This document shows positions 9,701 to 21,857 of a stretch of DNA of 64,000 bases, one piece after another. The DNA comes from Candidatus Entotheonellaceae bacterium (GTDB lineage: Bacteria > Tectomicrobia > Entotheonellia > Entotheonellales > Entotheonellaceae), in assembly GCA_965238075.1 (NCBI GenBank), contig OZ250173.1, positions 1,440,001 to 1,504,000 of the forward strand, given 5' to 3'. The notes beneath the pieces are model-generated. The model had not been told where the DNA came from, searched no databases, and saw nothing but the letters and a program-made list of their open reading frames with translations. A program made the position numbers and the translations under genes. Positions within the stretch are counted from its first letter, which is position 1; the number at the start of each line of letters is the position of its first letter.

Positions 9701-10126
9701 ATGCAAAAGGCATGGAATTGGATCAAAGACAATGCGGGAGCCATAACGGCAACCATAATGGCAATCACCGTCATCCTCGGCGGATTCACCGGAATCATCC
9801 AATTTGGCATTATCAATCCCATGAACCAACGCTTTGACACCATTGACCAACGCTTTGACGCCGTTGACCGACGCTTCGACGCCGTTGACCAACGCTTCGA
9901 CGACCTCAGAGCGGAAATGAACAGCCGCTTCGACGCCCAAGACAAATACATGAACGCACGCTTTAACGCGGTAAACCAACGTTTCGATGCTCAGGATCAG
10001 CGCCTCCAGCGCCTGGAAAACGACGTCTCGGAACTTCGCAAGCTCAGCGAGCGCGTCTCCCGAAACGAAGGACAGATCGACCTCATCAGGCAGCAACTGC
10101 AAACCGCCGCCGCACCCTCGCCCTGA
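9701..10126 (+). CDS. Membrane-anchored coiled-coil protein with QRFDAVD heptad repeats
   Basis: GGAGG RBS; N-terminal hydrophobic helix; repeated xRFDxxD heptads. Confidence 0.8.
   Translation: MQKAWNWIKDNAGAITATIMAITVILGGFTGIIQFGIINPMNQRFDTIDQRFDAVDRRFDAVDQRFDDLRAEMNSRFDAQDKYMNARFNAVNQRFDAQDQRLQRLENDVSELRKLSERVSRNEGQIDLIRQQLQTAAAPSP
9827..9904 (+). repeat. 21-bp coding tandem repeat, about 3.7 copies
   Basis: CAACGCTTTGACACCATTGAC / CAACGCTTTGACGCCGTTGAC / CGACGCTTCGACGCCGTTGAC / CAACGCTTCGACGAC. Confidence 0.9.
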
Positions 10127-10143
10127 ATACAACACAAGCCCAC

Positions 10144-11283
10144 GTGACGCAGACAGATCCCGACGGTTACGACATAGGGCGCAATTCACTTTTTGTGCAA
10201 AGCCGCCAATCCCCAAGACGTCAAACCGAGGCACGACCCATCCAGAAGACGCCCTTAAACCCCGTCGGACACATCGCCGCACCGCTCCTGCATGCCTTCT
10301 ACCAGCAGGTATACCAACACGCCGGGGTGCCGGACGAGGACGCCGCGGCAGTCGCCGACGCCCGCTTGCAAAGCACCCTTCGCCAGCCCGCCGGATTCGA
10401 TGCCTTCAGCGTCGCGCGGCTGCAAAACACCGTCCGCCGCTTGCAGGCCGGCGGTATCAACCCGACACCGCAGATTCGAGTCGTCCACGAACGTGGCCCG
10501 TTCGCCCTGCTGGACGCCGACAACGGCTTGGGTCCGGTGGTCGGCATGCGGGCGATGACGCGCTGTCTGGAGGCGGCAGGGGTAGGCGGATTTGCGCTGG
10601 TGGGGGTGCGAAACTCGACGACGCTCGGCACCATGGCGACGTACGCCATGCGAGCGTTGACCGAAGGCTTCCTGGGATTCGTCGGTACCAACACAGAACT
10701 GAAGATCGGCTTGCCACCCTGGGGCGGGCTGACCCCGGCGCTTGGCAACAACCCCTTCGCGGTGGCCATCCCCCATCGTCACGGCGCGCCGGTCGTGTTG
10801 GACATGTCGCTTATCGCCACCCAGCCGCAGGACAGCGCCGCGGCGGCGGAAACGCCTACCCGCGGCCCCTTGGGCAGCGATTTCCTCGCCCGCCCGATCA
10901 TCGGCGCCCACAAGGGCTACGGCCTCGCCGTGGTATTGGAAGTTCTGTGCGGCGTGCTCACCGGCGCCGGTTTCGGGCAGGCCCACGCGCCGAATCAACT
11001 CGCCGATCCGCAGACCCGTCACGACCTCGGGCATTTGTTCGTCGTGCTCGATCCGACTGTGTTCATGCCGCGCCACGAGTTCGAAGCGCGCATCGAGCAA
11101 TTGTGTGCGGAGATCAAGCAATCCGAGCCCGCGCCCGGCGTGCCGCGCATCCTGCTGCCCGGCGAGCTGGAACACGAACGGTGCGAAGCACGGTTGCGCC
11201 ACGGCATTCCCGTGCGGGCCGACGCGCAGAAGGCTCTGCTGGCGCTCTGCGGTGAGTTGGGTATCGCGTCGCCGTTGGCGTGA
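10144..11283 (+). CDS. Ldh_2 (type 2 malate/L-lactate dehydrogenase family) oxidoreductase; true start may be downstream
   Basis: LDADNGLG, LGNNPFAVAIP, VLDMS, GAHKGYGLA, RILLPGELE. Confidence 0.85.
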   Translation: MTQTDPDGYDIGRNSLFVQSRQSPRRQTEARPIQKTPLNPVGHIAAPLLHAFYQQVYQHAGVPDEDAAAVADARLQSTLRQPAGFDAFSVARLQNTVRRLQAGGINPTPQIRVVHERGPFALLDADNGLGPVVGMRAMTRCLEAAGVGGFALVGVRNSTTLGTMATYAMRALTEGFLGFVGTNTELKIGLPPWGGLTPALGNNPFAVAIPHRHGAPVVLDMSLIATQPQDSAAAAETPTRGPLGSDFLARPIIGAHKGYGLAVVLEVLCGVLTGAGFGQAHAPNQLADPQTRHDLGHLFVVLDPTVFMPRHEFEARIEQLCAEIKQSEPAPGVPRILLPGELEHERCEARLRHGIPVRADAQKALLALCGELGIASPLA

Positions 11284-11284
11284 T

Positions 11285-11316
11285 GTAGGTCGGGTTAGCC
11301 GCAGACGTAACCCGAC
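11285..11316 (+). repeat. REP-like palindrome, family A (GTAG plus hairpin)
   Basis: GTAG-GTCGGGTTA-GCCGCAGACG-TAACCCGAC; related copies at 21086, 35813, 56954 and 57126. Confidence 0.8.
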
Positions 11317-11347
11317 GTTCCGAACAGGGATCATGATGACGGGTTCC

Positions 11348-11407
11348 GTCACCCCGGACCCCGTATCAAGTACGGGGCGGGCTTTGATCCGGGGTCCAGG
11401 TTTTTTT
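11348..11407 (+). repeat. Palindromic repeat family B followed by a T-tract (terminator-like)
   Basis: GTCACCCCGGA...CCCCGTA-TCAAG-TACGGGG...TCCGGGGTCCAG then a T run; similar to 57031-57102. Confidence 0.65.
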
Positions 11408-11519
11408 GCCGGGCCAAGTGTCCGCCTGAATTGGATCTGAGGTCGCCGGAGCCCCTAAATTCTCAAATGAAGTGCAATACCTTGTTGAGATGTGCCATAG
11501 GACGCCCCGGCACACAGCA

Positions 11520-11840
11520 TCAACCTGCGGCCTCGCGGGCGGGCTTGTAGCGCTGGACGGTGATCTCGTCTGCGCGGGCGCGCATCCGGCAGGCGTCGTG
11601 CCACGCTTGCATCCGCAGCAACAATTCCATGTTCAGGGCAAAGGCTTTTTCGATGCGCAGGGCCGTCCTTGGCGTCAGCGCCGCGTTGCCGTTGAGCAAG
11701 GCCGAAAGCGTCGCCCGGCGAACCCCCAGAATCCTGGCGGTCTTCGTTACATTCAGCCCCAGCTCTTCGAGTACCTCCCTGCGGATGAAGACGCCGGGAT
11801 GCGAAGGGGTCATGTTCACCTTGATGCCGTTGGGGCTCAT
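11520..11840 (-). CDS. higA: HigA-family antitoxin (HTH-XRE)
   Basis: PSHPGVFIRREVLEELGLNVTKTARILGVRRATLSALLNG..TALRIEKAF..LRMQAWHD; ATG overlaps the upstream TGA (TGATG). Confidence 0.9.
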   Translation of the reverse strand: MSPNGIKVNMTPSHPGVFIRREVLEELGLNVTKTARILGVRRATLSALLNGNAALTPRTALRIEKAFALNMELLLRMQAWHDACRMRARADEITVQRYKPAREAAG

Positions 11841-12131
11841 CAGTGATAGTCCTTCAGGTTCAGACGGCTGATCCGACCCTCGTTTTCTTCGAACGTGATC
11901 CGCCAATTGCCGGATACCGAAACACGCCATTCGTTGCGCTGCTCCCCCGAAAGTCGATGGCCGCGCCAACCCGGCGGCGCTTGGGCAACAAACTCATCAA
12001 GGTGCTCGGCCCAAGACCAGTACCGTCAGAATGTTGCGCACCCTGTCGACCCAATCTTGCGTCAAGAATTCAGGGTTATCATTTTCAATCAACTGGCGTA
12101 GCCCCCGGTGGCGGACAGACTGGATGATCAT
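11840..12131 (-). pseudogene. higB: HigB (RelE-fold) toxin with a +1 frameshift
   Basis: MIIQSVRHRGLRQLIENDNPEFLTQDWVDRVRNILTVLVL / extra G near 12010-12012 / AEHLDEF..PPGWRGHRLSGEQRNEWRVSVSGNWRITFEE..LKDYH*; span is 292 nt (3n+1). Confidence 0.85.
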
Positions 12132-12196
12132 GCAACCTGCTGTACGGTTGCAGCGTTCATTCCACAAGTCTTTTTTCCGGTGATTGCTGTCCCGCT

Positions 12197-12301
12197 ACGG
12201 TGACGCGGCGAGCATTGCACGGTGACCGAACCGGCAGCGATGTCGAGGGCCGTAAACAGAGTCGTCGAGCCGTGCCGTTTGTATTCGTGGCTACGACGCT
12301 G
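12197..12301 (-). mobile_element. IS630-family transposase remnant
   Basis: [34 protein letters not shown] resembles the IS630 RRTHDYKRHGTTTLFAALD...C..RHR block. Confidence 0.75.
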
Positions 12302-12303
12302 GG

Positions 12304-12465
12304 GAGCCCTCGGATCTTGACCTGCCTGGACCTGGATATCAGGTCCATCCGCTGCGAGGCGATCTGGAGGGATTTTGGAGTATTTGGGTTTCCGACAACT
12401 GGCGGATCGTTTTTCGTCTTGAAGAGGGCGATGTCTACGACGTTGACTTGGTCGACTACCACTGG
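12304..12465 (+). pseudogene. higB: Second HigB toxin, 5'-truncated, stop codon lost
   Basis: [50 protein letters not shown] followed by TGG where a stop is expected. Confidence 0.8.
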
Positions 12466-12489
12466 TCCAGCCTACGAGAGGTAAACGCC

Positions 12490-12640
12490 ATGCCGATGAT
12501 GAATCCACCGCATCCCGGTCGCAGTATTAAGGAAAACTGTTTGGCGCCACTGGGCTTGAACGTCACCGAAGCGGCGAAAGTGCTGGGTATGGCTCGTCAC
12601 ACGCTGTCGCGCGTCTTGAATAGGCACGCGGCGTTTCCTG
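12490..12640 (+). pseudogene. higA: Second HigA antitoxin, 3'-truncated
   Basis: [48 protein letters not shown], after which similarity is lost at the convergent HAD gene. Confidence 0.8.
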
Positions 12641-12643
12641 TCC

Positions 12644-13492
12644 TTACGCGATGCTTAATCCGCCCTGAGCCTGATTTGGGTCATCGAGCGCGCTGTTGGC
12701 GCGACAGCGGCCCTCAAGCACCGACGGCAGATCTGCCAGGCTTTCCAGAACCACCCCCGGCTTCTCGGCAGCCACGGCCTGTTCGGCCTCCGCCCGCGTC
12801 GATACCCCCGTCAGCACCAGCACCGACAGGCATCCGAAGGCGTTCGCTGCGGCGATATCCGTATCCAGCCGATCCCCGACCACGGCCATGTCGCCCGCCG
12901 ACACGCCCCAGGCCGCGGCGATCAGTGACAAGCCCGTCGGCCGCGGCTTGCCCATGACGAGCGGTGTGACGCCCGTGGAGGTGGTGAGCGCCGCGACCAG
13001 GGCGCCGCCGCCGGGGGTGGTCGTCGTGGGGCCGTCGGGAAACGTGGCGTCGAGGTTGGTGGCGATGAACGCGGCGCCGTTGCAGATGGCGTAATGGGCG
13101 TGGGAGAGCTTCTCGTAGGTGAGGGTCATGTCCAAGCCGGCCACGACGTGCGTGGCGCCTTCGTGGGTCGGCACCACCGCGATTCCGGCCTCCTCCATCT
13201 CGCGCCGCATGCCCGCGGTGCCGACCAGAAACACCCGCGCGTCCGGGGCGTGGCGCGACAGGTACAACGCCGCGATGTAAGCCGAGCCCCACACGTCGCC
13301 CGCCGCGCAGGCAAAGCCGAGCCGCGACAGGCGGGCCGCCAGTTCCTCGCGATGACGGCTGGCGTTGTTGGTGAGAAAGGCAACGCGTACCCCCCGCGTC
13401 CACAGCGCATTGAGCGTGTCCACCGCCCCCGGCAGCGGGTGGTCGCCCCGGTAGAGAACGCCGTCCATGTCCATGACCACGTGTTGGATCAT
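12644..13492 (-). CDS. HAD-IIA family hydrolase (NagD-like)
   Basis: [32 protein letters not shown]. Confidence 0.92.
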   Translation of the reverse strand: MIQHVVMDMDGVLYRGDHPLPGAVDTLNALWTRGVRVAFLTNNASRHREELAARLSRLGFACAAGDVWGSAYIAALYLSRHAPDARVFLVGTAGMRREMEEAGIAVVPTHEGATHVVAGLDMTLTYEKLSHAHYAICNGAAFIATNLDATFPDGPTTTTPGGGALVAALTTSTGVTPLVMGKPRPTGLSLIAAAWGVSAGDMAVVGDRLDTDIAAANAFGCLSVLVLTGVSTRAEAEQAVAAEKPGVVLESLADLPSVLEGRCRANSALDDPNQAQGGLSIA

Positions 13493-13593
13493 CGTTGGTC
13501 AGACCTCTCTTGGTCGGGGTGCCGCCGCGTTCGTTCAGGGTTGCCATGCAGCCATGTTGATGGGGGATGTCAGGCGTGTCAGGCCTCCCCTCC

Positions 13594-16500
13594 CTACAGC
13601 GCCGGCGGCGAGCCGACCGCCTCGGCGTCCGGCGTCGGCGCGAAGCGGCTCAGGTGCTGGGCGACTAACTCCTTAGTCTCCGCCAGGCGCCGCAGTTTGA
13701 TGTCTTCGTAGCCGCGAACCGCCTCGGGCGCGTTGGCGATCACCACGGCGAGGGCGTGATTGCCGGGGTCGAGCCGGGACAGGAGGGAGGTAATCGTCTC
13801 GTGGTACCAGGTGATGAGCCGTCGCTCTTCCCGGCGCAGCTTGGCGTAGCCGAATGGGTCGCACCAGCGACCGCGCAGGCTCTTGAGCCGCCGCAGCTGC
13901 CGCAGGGGGCGGTTGAACCACGGACCGAGCTTCAGCTTGCGCTTGAGACCCATGGACCGCAGCAGCGGTGGGTGCAGGTGATAGTAGGCGCGCCGCGGCG
14001 ACGCGAACATCGTGTCGAGCTGATCCTTCCACGCTTGCTTCAGGTGCAGGCGCGCCACCTCGTATTCGTCCTTGTAGGCCATGAGCTTGTAGAGGTGCCG
14101 GATGACCGCGTGGGTCAGTCCAACGCCGCCGGCGCAGGCCGCCGCTTCCCGTGCGGCCACGTCCAGAACGAAATCGACGTACGCCGTCGCGTAGGCGGCG
14201 TCCTGATAGTCGATCAACTCGCCGACCCGCAGCGCCAGCAGGCGCCGTGCTTCTTCATCCAGATGCGCGCAGCGTTCCAGCAGGCGCTCATAGGCATCGA
14301 CGTCAGTCGCCGTGCCTTCCCGTTGCAAGTAATCCTGCATGATCGCCCGCTCCGCAGCGACGTCGCGCGGCTGCTCGACCGCCAGCGCGCTCACGGCTTG
14401 CGGCTCGTAGACGTAGCGGCGGCCGTAGCGGAAGGCCTGCTGATTCTGCTGCACCGCCACGCCGTTCAGCGCGATGGCGGCCTCGATGCTTTCGGCCTTG
14501 AGGGGCAAGGCGCCGACCTGATAGGCCATGCCAAGCACGAACAGATTGGTCGCCATGTGGTCCCCGAACAGCCCCTCGGCGAGGGTGCCGGCGTCGGCGT
14601 ACAGATTGCGGCTGGCGTCGCTGTGCTGGTCAATGGTACGCCGCAGGGAGGCTTCGCTGGGAAACAGCAGCGCGTTGTTGCGAATCATCTCGCCGGTCGG
14701 GCTCGCCGTGGTGTTGACGACGGCGACCGTGCGCCCGGCGTGGGCGCGGTCGAGGTTGACCGGATCGACGCCGCCGAGGGCGTCCAGCACCAGGTACAGA
14801 TCCGCCGTGCCTAAGCCCACCTTGTTCGAGACCACGGCGTCGCCCTCGCTGAGGATGACGTTCGACAGCACCGCGCCGCCCTTCTGGGCGAGGCCGGTCT
14901 GGTCCAGATTGAGCAACGACTTGCCTTCCATCAGCGCCGCGTAGCACAACAGGGCGTTCATCGTGACCACACCGGTTCCCCCGACACCCGGAATGTAAAC
15001 CGCATAACGCTCCCCGATGACCGCCTTGTGCGCCGGTTCCGGCAGGGCATGCGCTTCGAGCACGGGCGCCTGCTTGGGCCGCAGGCCCGTACCGGGCTCG
15101 ACTTCCACGGTCACGAATGACGGGCAATCGCCGTCCAGGCAGGCGTAGTCCTTGTTGCACGATGACTGGTGGATGCGCGTCTTGGGTCCCAACTCGGTCT
15201 CCACCGGGTGCAGCGACATGCAGTTGCTGACTTCGCCGCAATTGCCGCAGCCCTCGCAGACTTCCTCATTGATCACCACGAACACGTTGGGTTCCGCCTG
15301 AATGCCGCGCTTGCGCTGGCGGCGTTTCTCGGCGGCGCACTGCTGGTCGTTGATCAGCACCGTGACCCCCGGCGTGGCCTCCAGCTCTTTGAGGGCGTCG
15401 AAGAACGACTCGCGGCCGCGCAGCGTGGCGATCCCGGCTAGGCGCGTACCGCGCCAACGCCGCGGCTGCTCGGAGACGATGATGATCTTTCGCACCCCCT
15501 CTGCCGCCATGCTGTGGGTAAGCTCCGGGATGCTCATGCTGCCCTGCGCGTCCTGGCCGCCCGTCATCGCCACAGCGCCATTGTAGAGGAGCTTGAACGT
15601 GATATTGACTCCGGCCGCCACACAGGCGCGTAGGGCTTGGCTGCCGGAGTGAAAATACGTGCCGTCGCCGATGTTTTGGAAGATGTGCTGGGTGTCGCTG
15701 AACGGCGCCGCGCCGACCCACGGCAGCCCCTCGCCGCCCATCTGCGTCAGGTAGCTGGTGTGACGCATATCCTGTTCGATCAGCCCGCCCATGCCGTGGC
15801 AGCCGATGCCGCCGCCGGTGATCTGGCCGTCGAGCATGCGGGTAGAGCGGCTGTGCGGGCAGCCGGAACAGTAATTCGGCTTGCGTGCCATGAAAGGATC
15901 GTACTGGCGCCCGCGGATCGCTTCCAGCACGGCCAGGCGCGCGTCGATGCCCGGCGCCTCGCCCAGACGTCGCAGGCGCGGCCCGACACGCTCGGCGATG
16001 AGGTCGGCGTCCAGTTCGCCGTGCATGGGCAGGAAGGGCTGGCCCGTCTCGGTCGTTTTGCCCAGCAGCCGCGGCGGCGACGTCATGCCGTACAGGCAGT
16101 CGCGGATCTGGCTTTCGAGGAAGCCTCTCTTTTCCTCGACGACGATGATTTCTTCCAGACCGCGCGCAAAGCGCCGGATGCTTTCGGTCGCCAGCGGATA
16201 GATCATGCCCAGATTCAGAACGCGAATGCCCAGCCGCTGCAACGTCTGGCCGTCCAGCCCCAGGTCGAGCAGCGCCTGTTGCAGGTCGGCCTGGCTCTTG
16301 CCGGCGCTGATCAGGCCGACGCGGGCGTCGCCCGGCTGCGTTTCGGCCCCATACAGGCGGTTGGCGGCTCCGTAGGCACGCACCGCGGCGTGGCGTTCGA
16401 CGAAGAGGTGGCGCTCGAGCTCGATGGTGCCGGGCGGCAGGAAGGTGGTGTCCTGGTACTTGCGGAAGGGTTCACCGTCGATGTGCACGTCCGGGATGAC

Positions 16501-17154
16501 GATGTCGGGCAAGTCGGGGTGAACATCCACCACGCTGCCGCCGTCGCACAGATTGGTGACCAGTTTCAAGGCCACCCAGCAGCCGCTGAAGCGCGACAGA
16601 GCGAAAGCGTGCAGGCCGTAGAGCAGAAATTCCTGGATGGTGGCGGGGTAGAAGATGGGGATGCCGGCGGCGAGCAGGGCGTGGTCGCTTTGGTGCGGCA
16701 GCGTGGAGCTTTTGCAATTATGGTCGTCGCCCGCCAGCACGAGCGCCGCGCTGTTGGGTCCGGTGCCGCCCATATTGGCGTGCTTGAACACGTCGCCGCT
16801 GCGGTCGACGCCGGGGCCTTTGCCGTACCAGATACCGTTCACCCCGTCGACCTGCGGGCCGGGGAATAGGTGCACGCTCTGGCTGCCCATCACCGCGGTG
16901 GCGGCCAATTCCTCGTTCACCGCCGGCTGGTGGACGATGCGATGCTCGTGGAGCAGTCGGCCCACCCGCGCCAGGGTCAGGTCGTACCCGGCGAGCGGCG
17001 AGCCCTCGTAGCCGGTGATGAAGGCGCCGGTTCGCAGCCCGGCTTTGACGTCGCGTCGTTGCTGATCAATGGCAAGCCGCACCAGTGCCTGAATCCCGGT
17101 CAGGTAAACACTGCCTTCAAGCACGGTGTATTTGTCGTCAAGTGTGACTGTCAT
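13594..17154 (-). CDS. Indolepyruvate:ferredoxin oxidoreductase family protein, fused alpha/beta
   Basis: GYEGSPLAG, NEELAAT, WYGKGPGVDR, YCSGCPH, GIGCH, GDGTYFHSG, ferredoxin VCEGCGNC..C, GVGGTG, MAYKDEYEVARL. Confidence 0.95.
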   Translation of the reverse strand: MTVTLDDKYTVLEGSVYLTGIQALVRLAIDQQRRDVKAGLRTGAFITGYEGSPLAGYDLTLARVGRLLHEHRIVHQPAVNEELAATAVMGSQSVHLFPGPQVDGVNGIWYGKGPGVDRSGDVFKHANMGGTGPNSAALVLAGDDHNCKSSTLPHQSDHALLAAGIPIFYPATIQEFLLYGLHAFALSRFSGCWVALKLVTNLCDGGSVVDVHPDLPDIVIPDVHIDGEPFRKYQDTTFLPPGTIELERHLFVERHAAVRAYGAANRLYGAETQPGDARVGLISAGKSQADLQQALLDLGLDGQTLQRLGIRVLNLGMIYPLATESIRRFARGLEEIIVVEEKRGFLESQIRDCLYGMTSPPRLLGKTTETGQPFLPMHGELDADLIAERVGPRLRRLGEAPGIDARLAVLEAIRGRQYDPFMARKPNYCSGCPHSRSTRMLDGQITGGGIGCHGMGGLIEQDMRHTSYLTQMGGEGLPWVGAAPFSDTQHIFQNIGDGTYFHSGSQALRACVAAGVNITFKLLYNGAVAMTGGQDAQGSMSIPELTHSMAAEGVRKIIIVSEQPRRWRGTRLAGIATLRGRESFFDALKELEATPGVTVLINDQQCAAEKRRQRKRGIQAEPNVFVVINEEVCEGCGNCGEVSNCMSLHPVETELGPKTRIHQSSCNKDYACLDGDCPSFVTVEVEPGTGLRPKQAPVLEAHALPEPAHKAVIGERYAVYIPGVGGTGVVTMNALLCYAALMEGKSLLNLDQTGLAQKGGAVLSNVILSEGDAVVSNKVGLGTADLYLVLDALGGVDPVNLDRAHAGRTVAVVNTTASPTGEMIRNNALLFPSEASLRRTIDQHSDASRNLYADAGTLAEGLFGDHMATNLFVLGMAYQVGALPLKAESIEAAIALNGVAVQQNQQAFRYGRRYVYEPQAVSALAVEQPRDVAAERAIMQDYLQREGTATDVDAYERLLERCAHLDEEARRLLALRVGELIDYQDAAYATAYVDFVLDVAAREAAACAGGVGLTHAVIRHLYKLMAYKDEYEVARLHLKQAWKDQLDTMFASPRRAYYHLHPPLLRSMGLKRKLKLGPWFNRPLRQLRRLKSLRGRWCDPFGYAKLRREERRLITWYHETITSLLSRLDPGNHALAVVIANAPEAVRGYEDIKLRRLAETKELVAQHLSRFAPTPDAEAVGSPPAL

Positions 17155-17335
17155 GAGCGATTCTCCCCAGCGTCAGAGCGGGTTGGCAATAACCGTTTAA
17201 GTGCATTGTTTTCCATGGATTATACTTTTGGCAGGGGCGCAGGGTCAATGCGGCCTGGGGGCTTGAACGCGGTTAAAAAGTCGGTTACGTTGGCCCGGCG
17301 CAACCATTGATTTGCCCCGAACTGAGGATCCTATT

Positions 17336-17980
17336 ATGACGCGCCGCGCTGCTGTGTGCACCCGTCGTTACCGTTTCAGAACGCCGATAACCATCGCCGT
17401 TGCGGGATTCGTTCTCTTGTCGCTGTCCCTGTCGGCCGTCATGACGCAGACGGCACCCCAAGCGGCCTTGTCAGCGGGCAGGTTTCTCGTCGCCAGCAAA
17501 CAACTCCGGGACCCCAATTTCTCGGAAACCGTCGTCCTGTTGCTCAACTATGGCGCGCGAGGCGCGCGGGGTGTGGTCATCAACTGGCCGACGGAGGTGA
17601 AACTGGCCACGATGTTTCCCGAAATCAGGGGATTGCAGCGGCGCGTGGACACCGCCTATCTCGGCGGACCGGTAGAACGCACCCGCCTGTTGATGCTCCT
17701 GCGCGCCGACAAGCCGCGCTCCGGCGCCGAACACGTCGTCGATGACATCTACGTCAGCACCAACCGCCGGGTGCTCTTTGACGCGCTCGGCAGAGCGGGC
17801 TCCGCGACATCCGTACACGTTTACGCCGGCTACGCGGGATGGGCGCCGGGGCAGCTTGACCGTGAGGTGGCGCGCGGCGACTGGCACGTCCTGCCCGCCG
17901 ACGCCGAAGCCGTGTTCAGCACAACGCCGACTGAGGTGTGGCGCGAGTTGATCGACAAGGGTGCCGTGCAGTGGCTGTAA
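17336..17980 (+). CDS. YqgE/AlgH family protein with signal-peptide-like N-terminus; start uncertain
   Basis: [45 protein letters not shown]. Confidence 0.88.
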   Translation: MTRRAAVCTRRYRFRTPITIAVAGFVLLSLSLSAVMTQTAPQAALSAGRFLVASKQLRDPNFSETVVLLLNYGARGARGVVINWPTEVKLATMFPEIRGLQRRVDTAYLGGPVERTRLLMLLRADKPRSGAEHVVDDIYVSTNRRVLFDALGRAGSATSVHVYAGYAGWAPGQLDREVARGDWHVLPADAEAVFSTTPTEVWRELIDKGAVQWL

Positions 17981-18089
17981 CGGCCTTGAGAAGGCGGCCC
18001 GACACCGCATAAGGTCAGTGGCCCAGTTTGAAATAACCAACCCATACGCCCCCATCCCCAGGCGAGACACTGTCTGCATAAGGAACGTC

Positions 18090-21077
<2,988 letters not shown>

Positions 21078-21085
21078 TGTGGGTT

Positions 21086-21112
21086 GTCGGGTAACGCCTG
21101 CGGCCAACCTGG
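21086..21112 (-). repeat. Degenerate family A REP-like palindrome
   Basis: Reverse complement CCAGGTTGGCCGCAGGCGTTACCCGAC shares the GCCGCAGGCG loop, immediately after the glyQS stop. Confidence 0.65.
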
Positions 21113-21551
21113 GGACACAACGGTCCGCCTTTCATATGAGAATGCCGAAACCCAATGCGCTGGATTGTTTGCCAGCTAACCATTCGACATAGCTGGGGGA
21201 GGATGGTAGAGATCGATAAAATCAGATCCGCCAGGTGTGAAGTCGCGGCCATTTCAGGGTGACGCCTCGATAACGCACAACGCAGGAACAGGGCGGTAAC
21301 TGCAATGGAATGTCCCACTTCATCACGTTTTCCCGTCAGGTGAAAAGTGATACCATGCCGCGAGTTGTGGGAATTCCTCAGCCGGTGGAGCGGGGAATAA
21401 ACATCAGCGGTCCGTCGTTTCTCGCTAACACTTGCGGTGCGTGCCAGTGAGATCCACCGATACTGCAGACCCGGGGCGGGGGATTGTGGCGAGGGCTCGG
21501 GTGCCGTCGTGTGTAAACCCTATAGAAGAACGCTTAGGGAGGAAGTGTGCC

Positions 21552-21770
21552 ATGAGTTCCATCTTCTCCAGGAAGTCCCTGAGGTTTCCGGCGTTAATGG
21601 GCGTCGTGTTCATTGTGCTGGCGCTCGCAGCCGTTTCCCGGTCCGACACGGAGCAGAACACGGATGCCGGCCAGGGAACGGTAATTGCCATGCGGGCGTC
21701 GGGGGCAGCAAATCCCTGTGCGGCGGCAAACCCGTGTAACCCGTGCAACCCCTGCGCGGCCGGCAACTAA
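21552..21770 (+). CDS. Small secreted Cys-rich peptide (72 aa) with four NPC motifs
   Basis: AGGGAGG RBS; signal-like MSSIFSRKSLRFPALMGVVFIVLALAAVS; C-terminus GAANPCAAANPCNPCNPCAAGN*. Confidence 0.8.
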   Translation: MSSIFSRKSLRFPALMGVVFIVLALAAVSRSDTEQNTDAGQGTVIAMRASGAANPCAAANPCNPCNPCAAGN

Positions 21771-21793
21771 CCGATTCGGTAACCCATCCGGTA

Positions 21794-21832
21794 CCCTGGC
21801 GGTCGGGCGCTCCATGCCCTGTCCCGCCAGGG
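21794..21832 (+). terminator. GC-rich stem-loop after the NPC peptide gene (attenuator or mRNA stabiliser; no U-tract)
   Basis: CCCTGGCGG (21794-21802) pairs perfectly with CCGCCAGGG (21824-21832), with an inner GGGC/GCCC. Confidence 0.5.
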
Positions 21833-21857
21833 CGCCCAGCGTCACGGAAAGCGGACC

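Noticed and set aside
9827-9904. Direct repeats as a possible CRISPR array
   Set aside because: Contiguous in-frame 21-bp units with no spacers; no cas genes in the window.
12157-12462. 101-aa minus-strand [17 protein letters not shown]
   Set aside because: Antisense of the second higB remnant.
21430-21447. Sigma-54-like CTGGCACG on the minus strand
   Set aside because: GG-to-GC spacing is 8 rather than 10 nt and it points away from the peptide gene.
21120-21550. Possible riboswitch (e.g. cobalamin) in the long leader before the NPC peptide
   Set aside because: Only a weak inverted repeat (ATCACGTTTTC/GAAAAGTGAT) was seen; no B12-box or other aptamer core.
21552-21770. NPC peptide as the precursor of a complete RiPP cluster
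   Set aside because: No radical SAM, DUF692/MNIO, YcaO or lanthionine enzyme is nearby; kept only as a metal-binding hypothesis.
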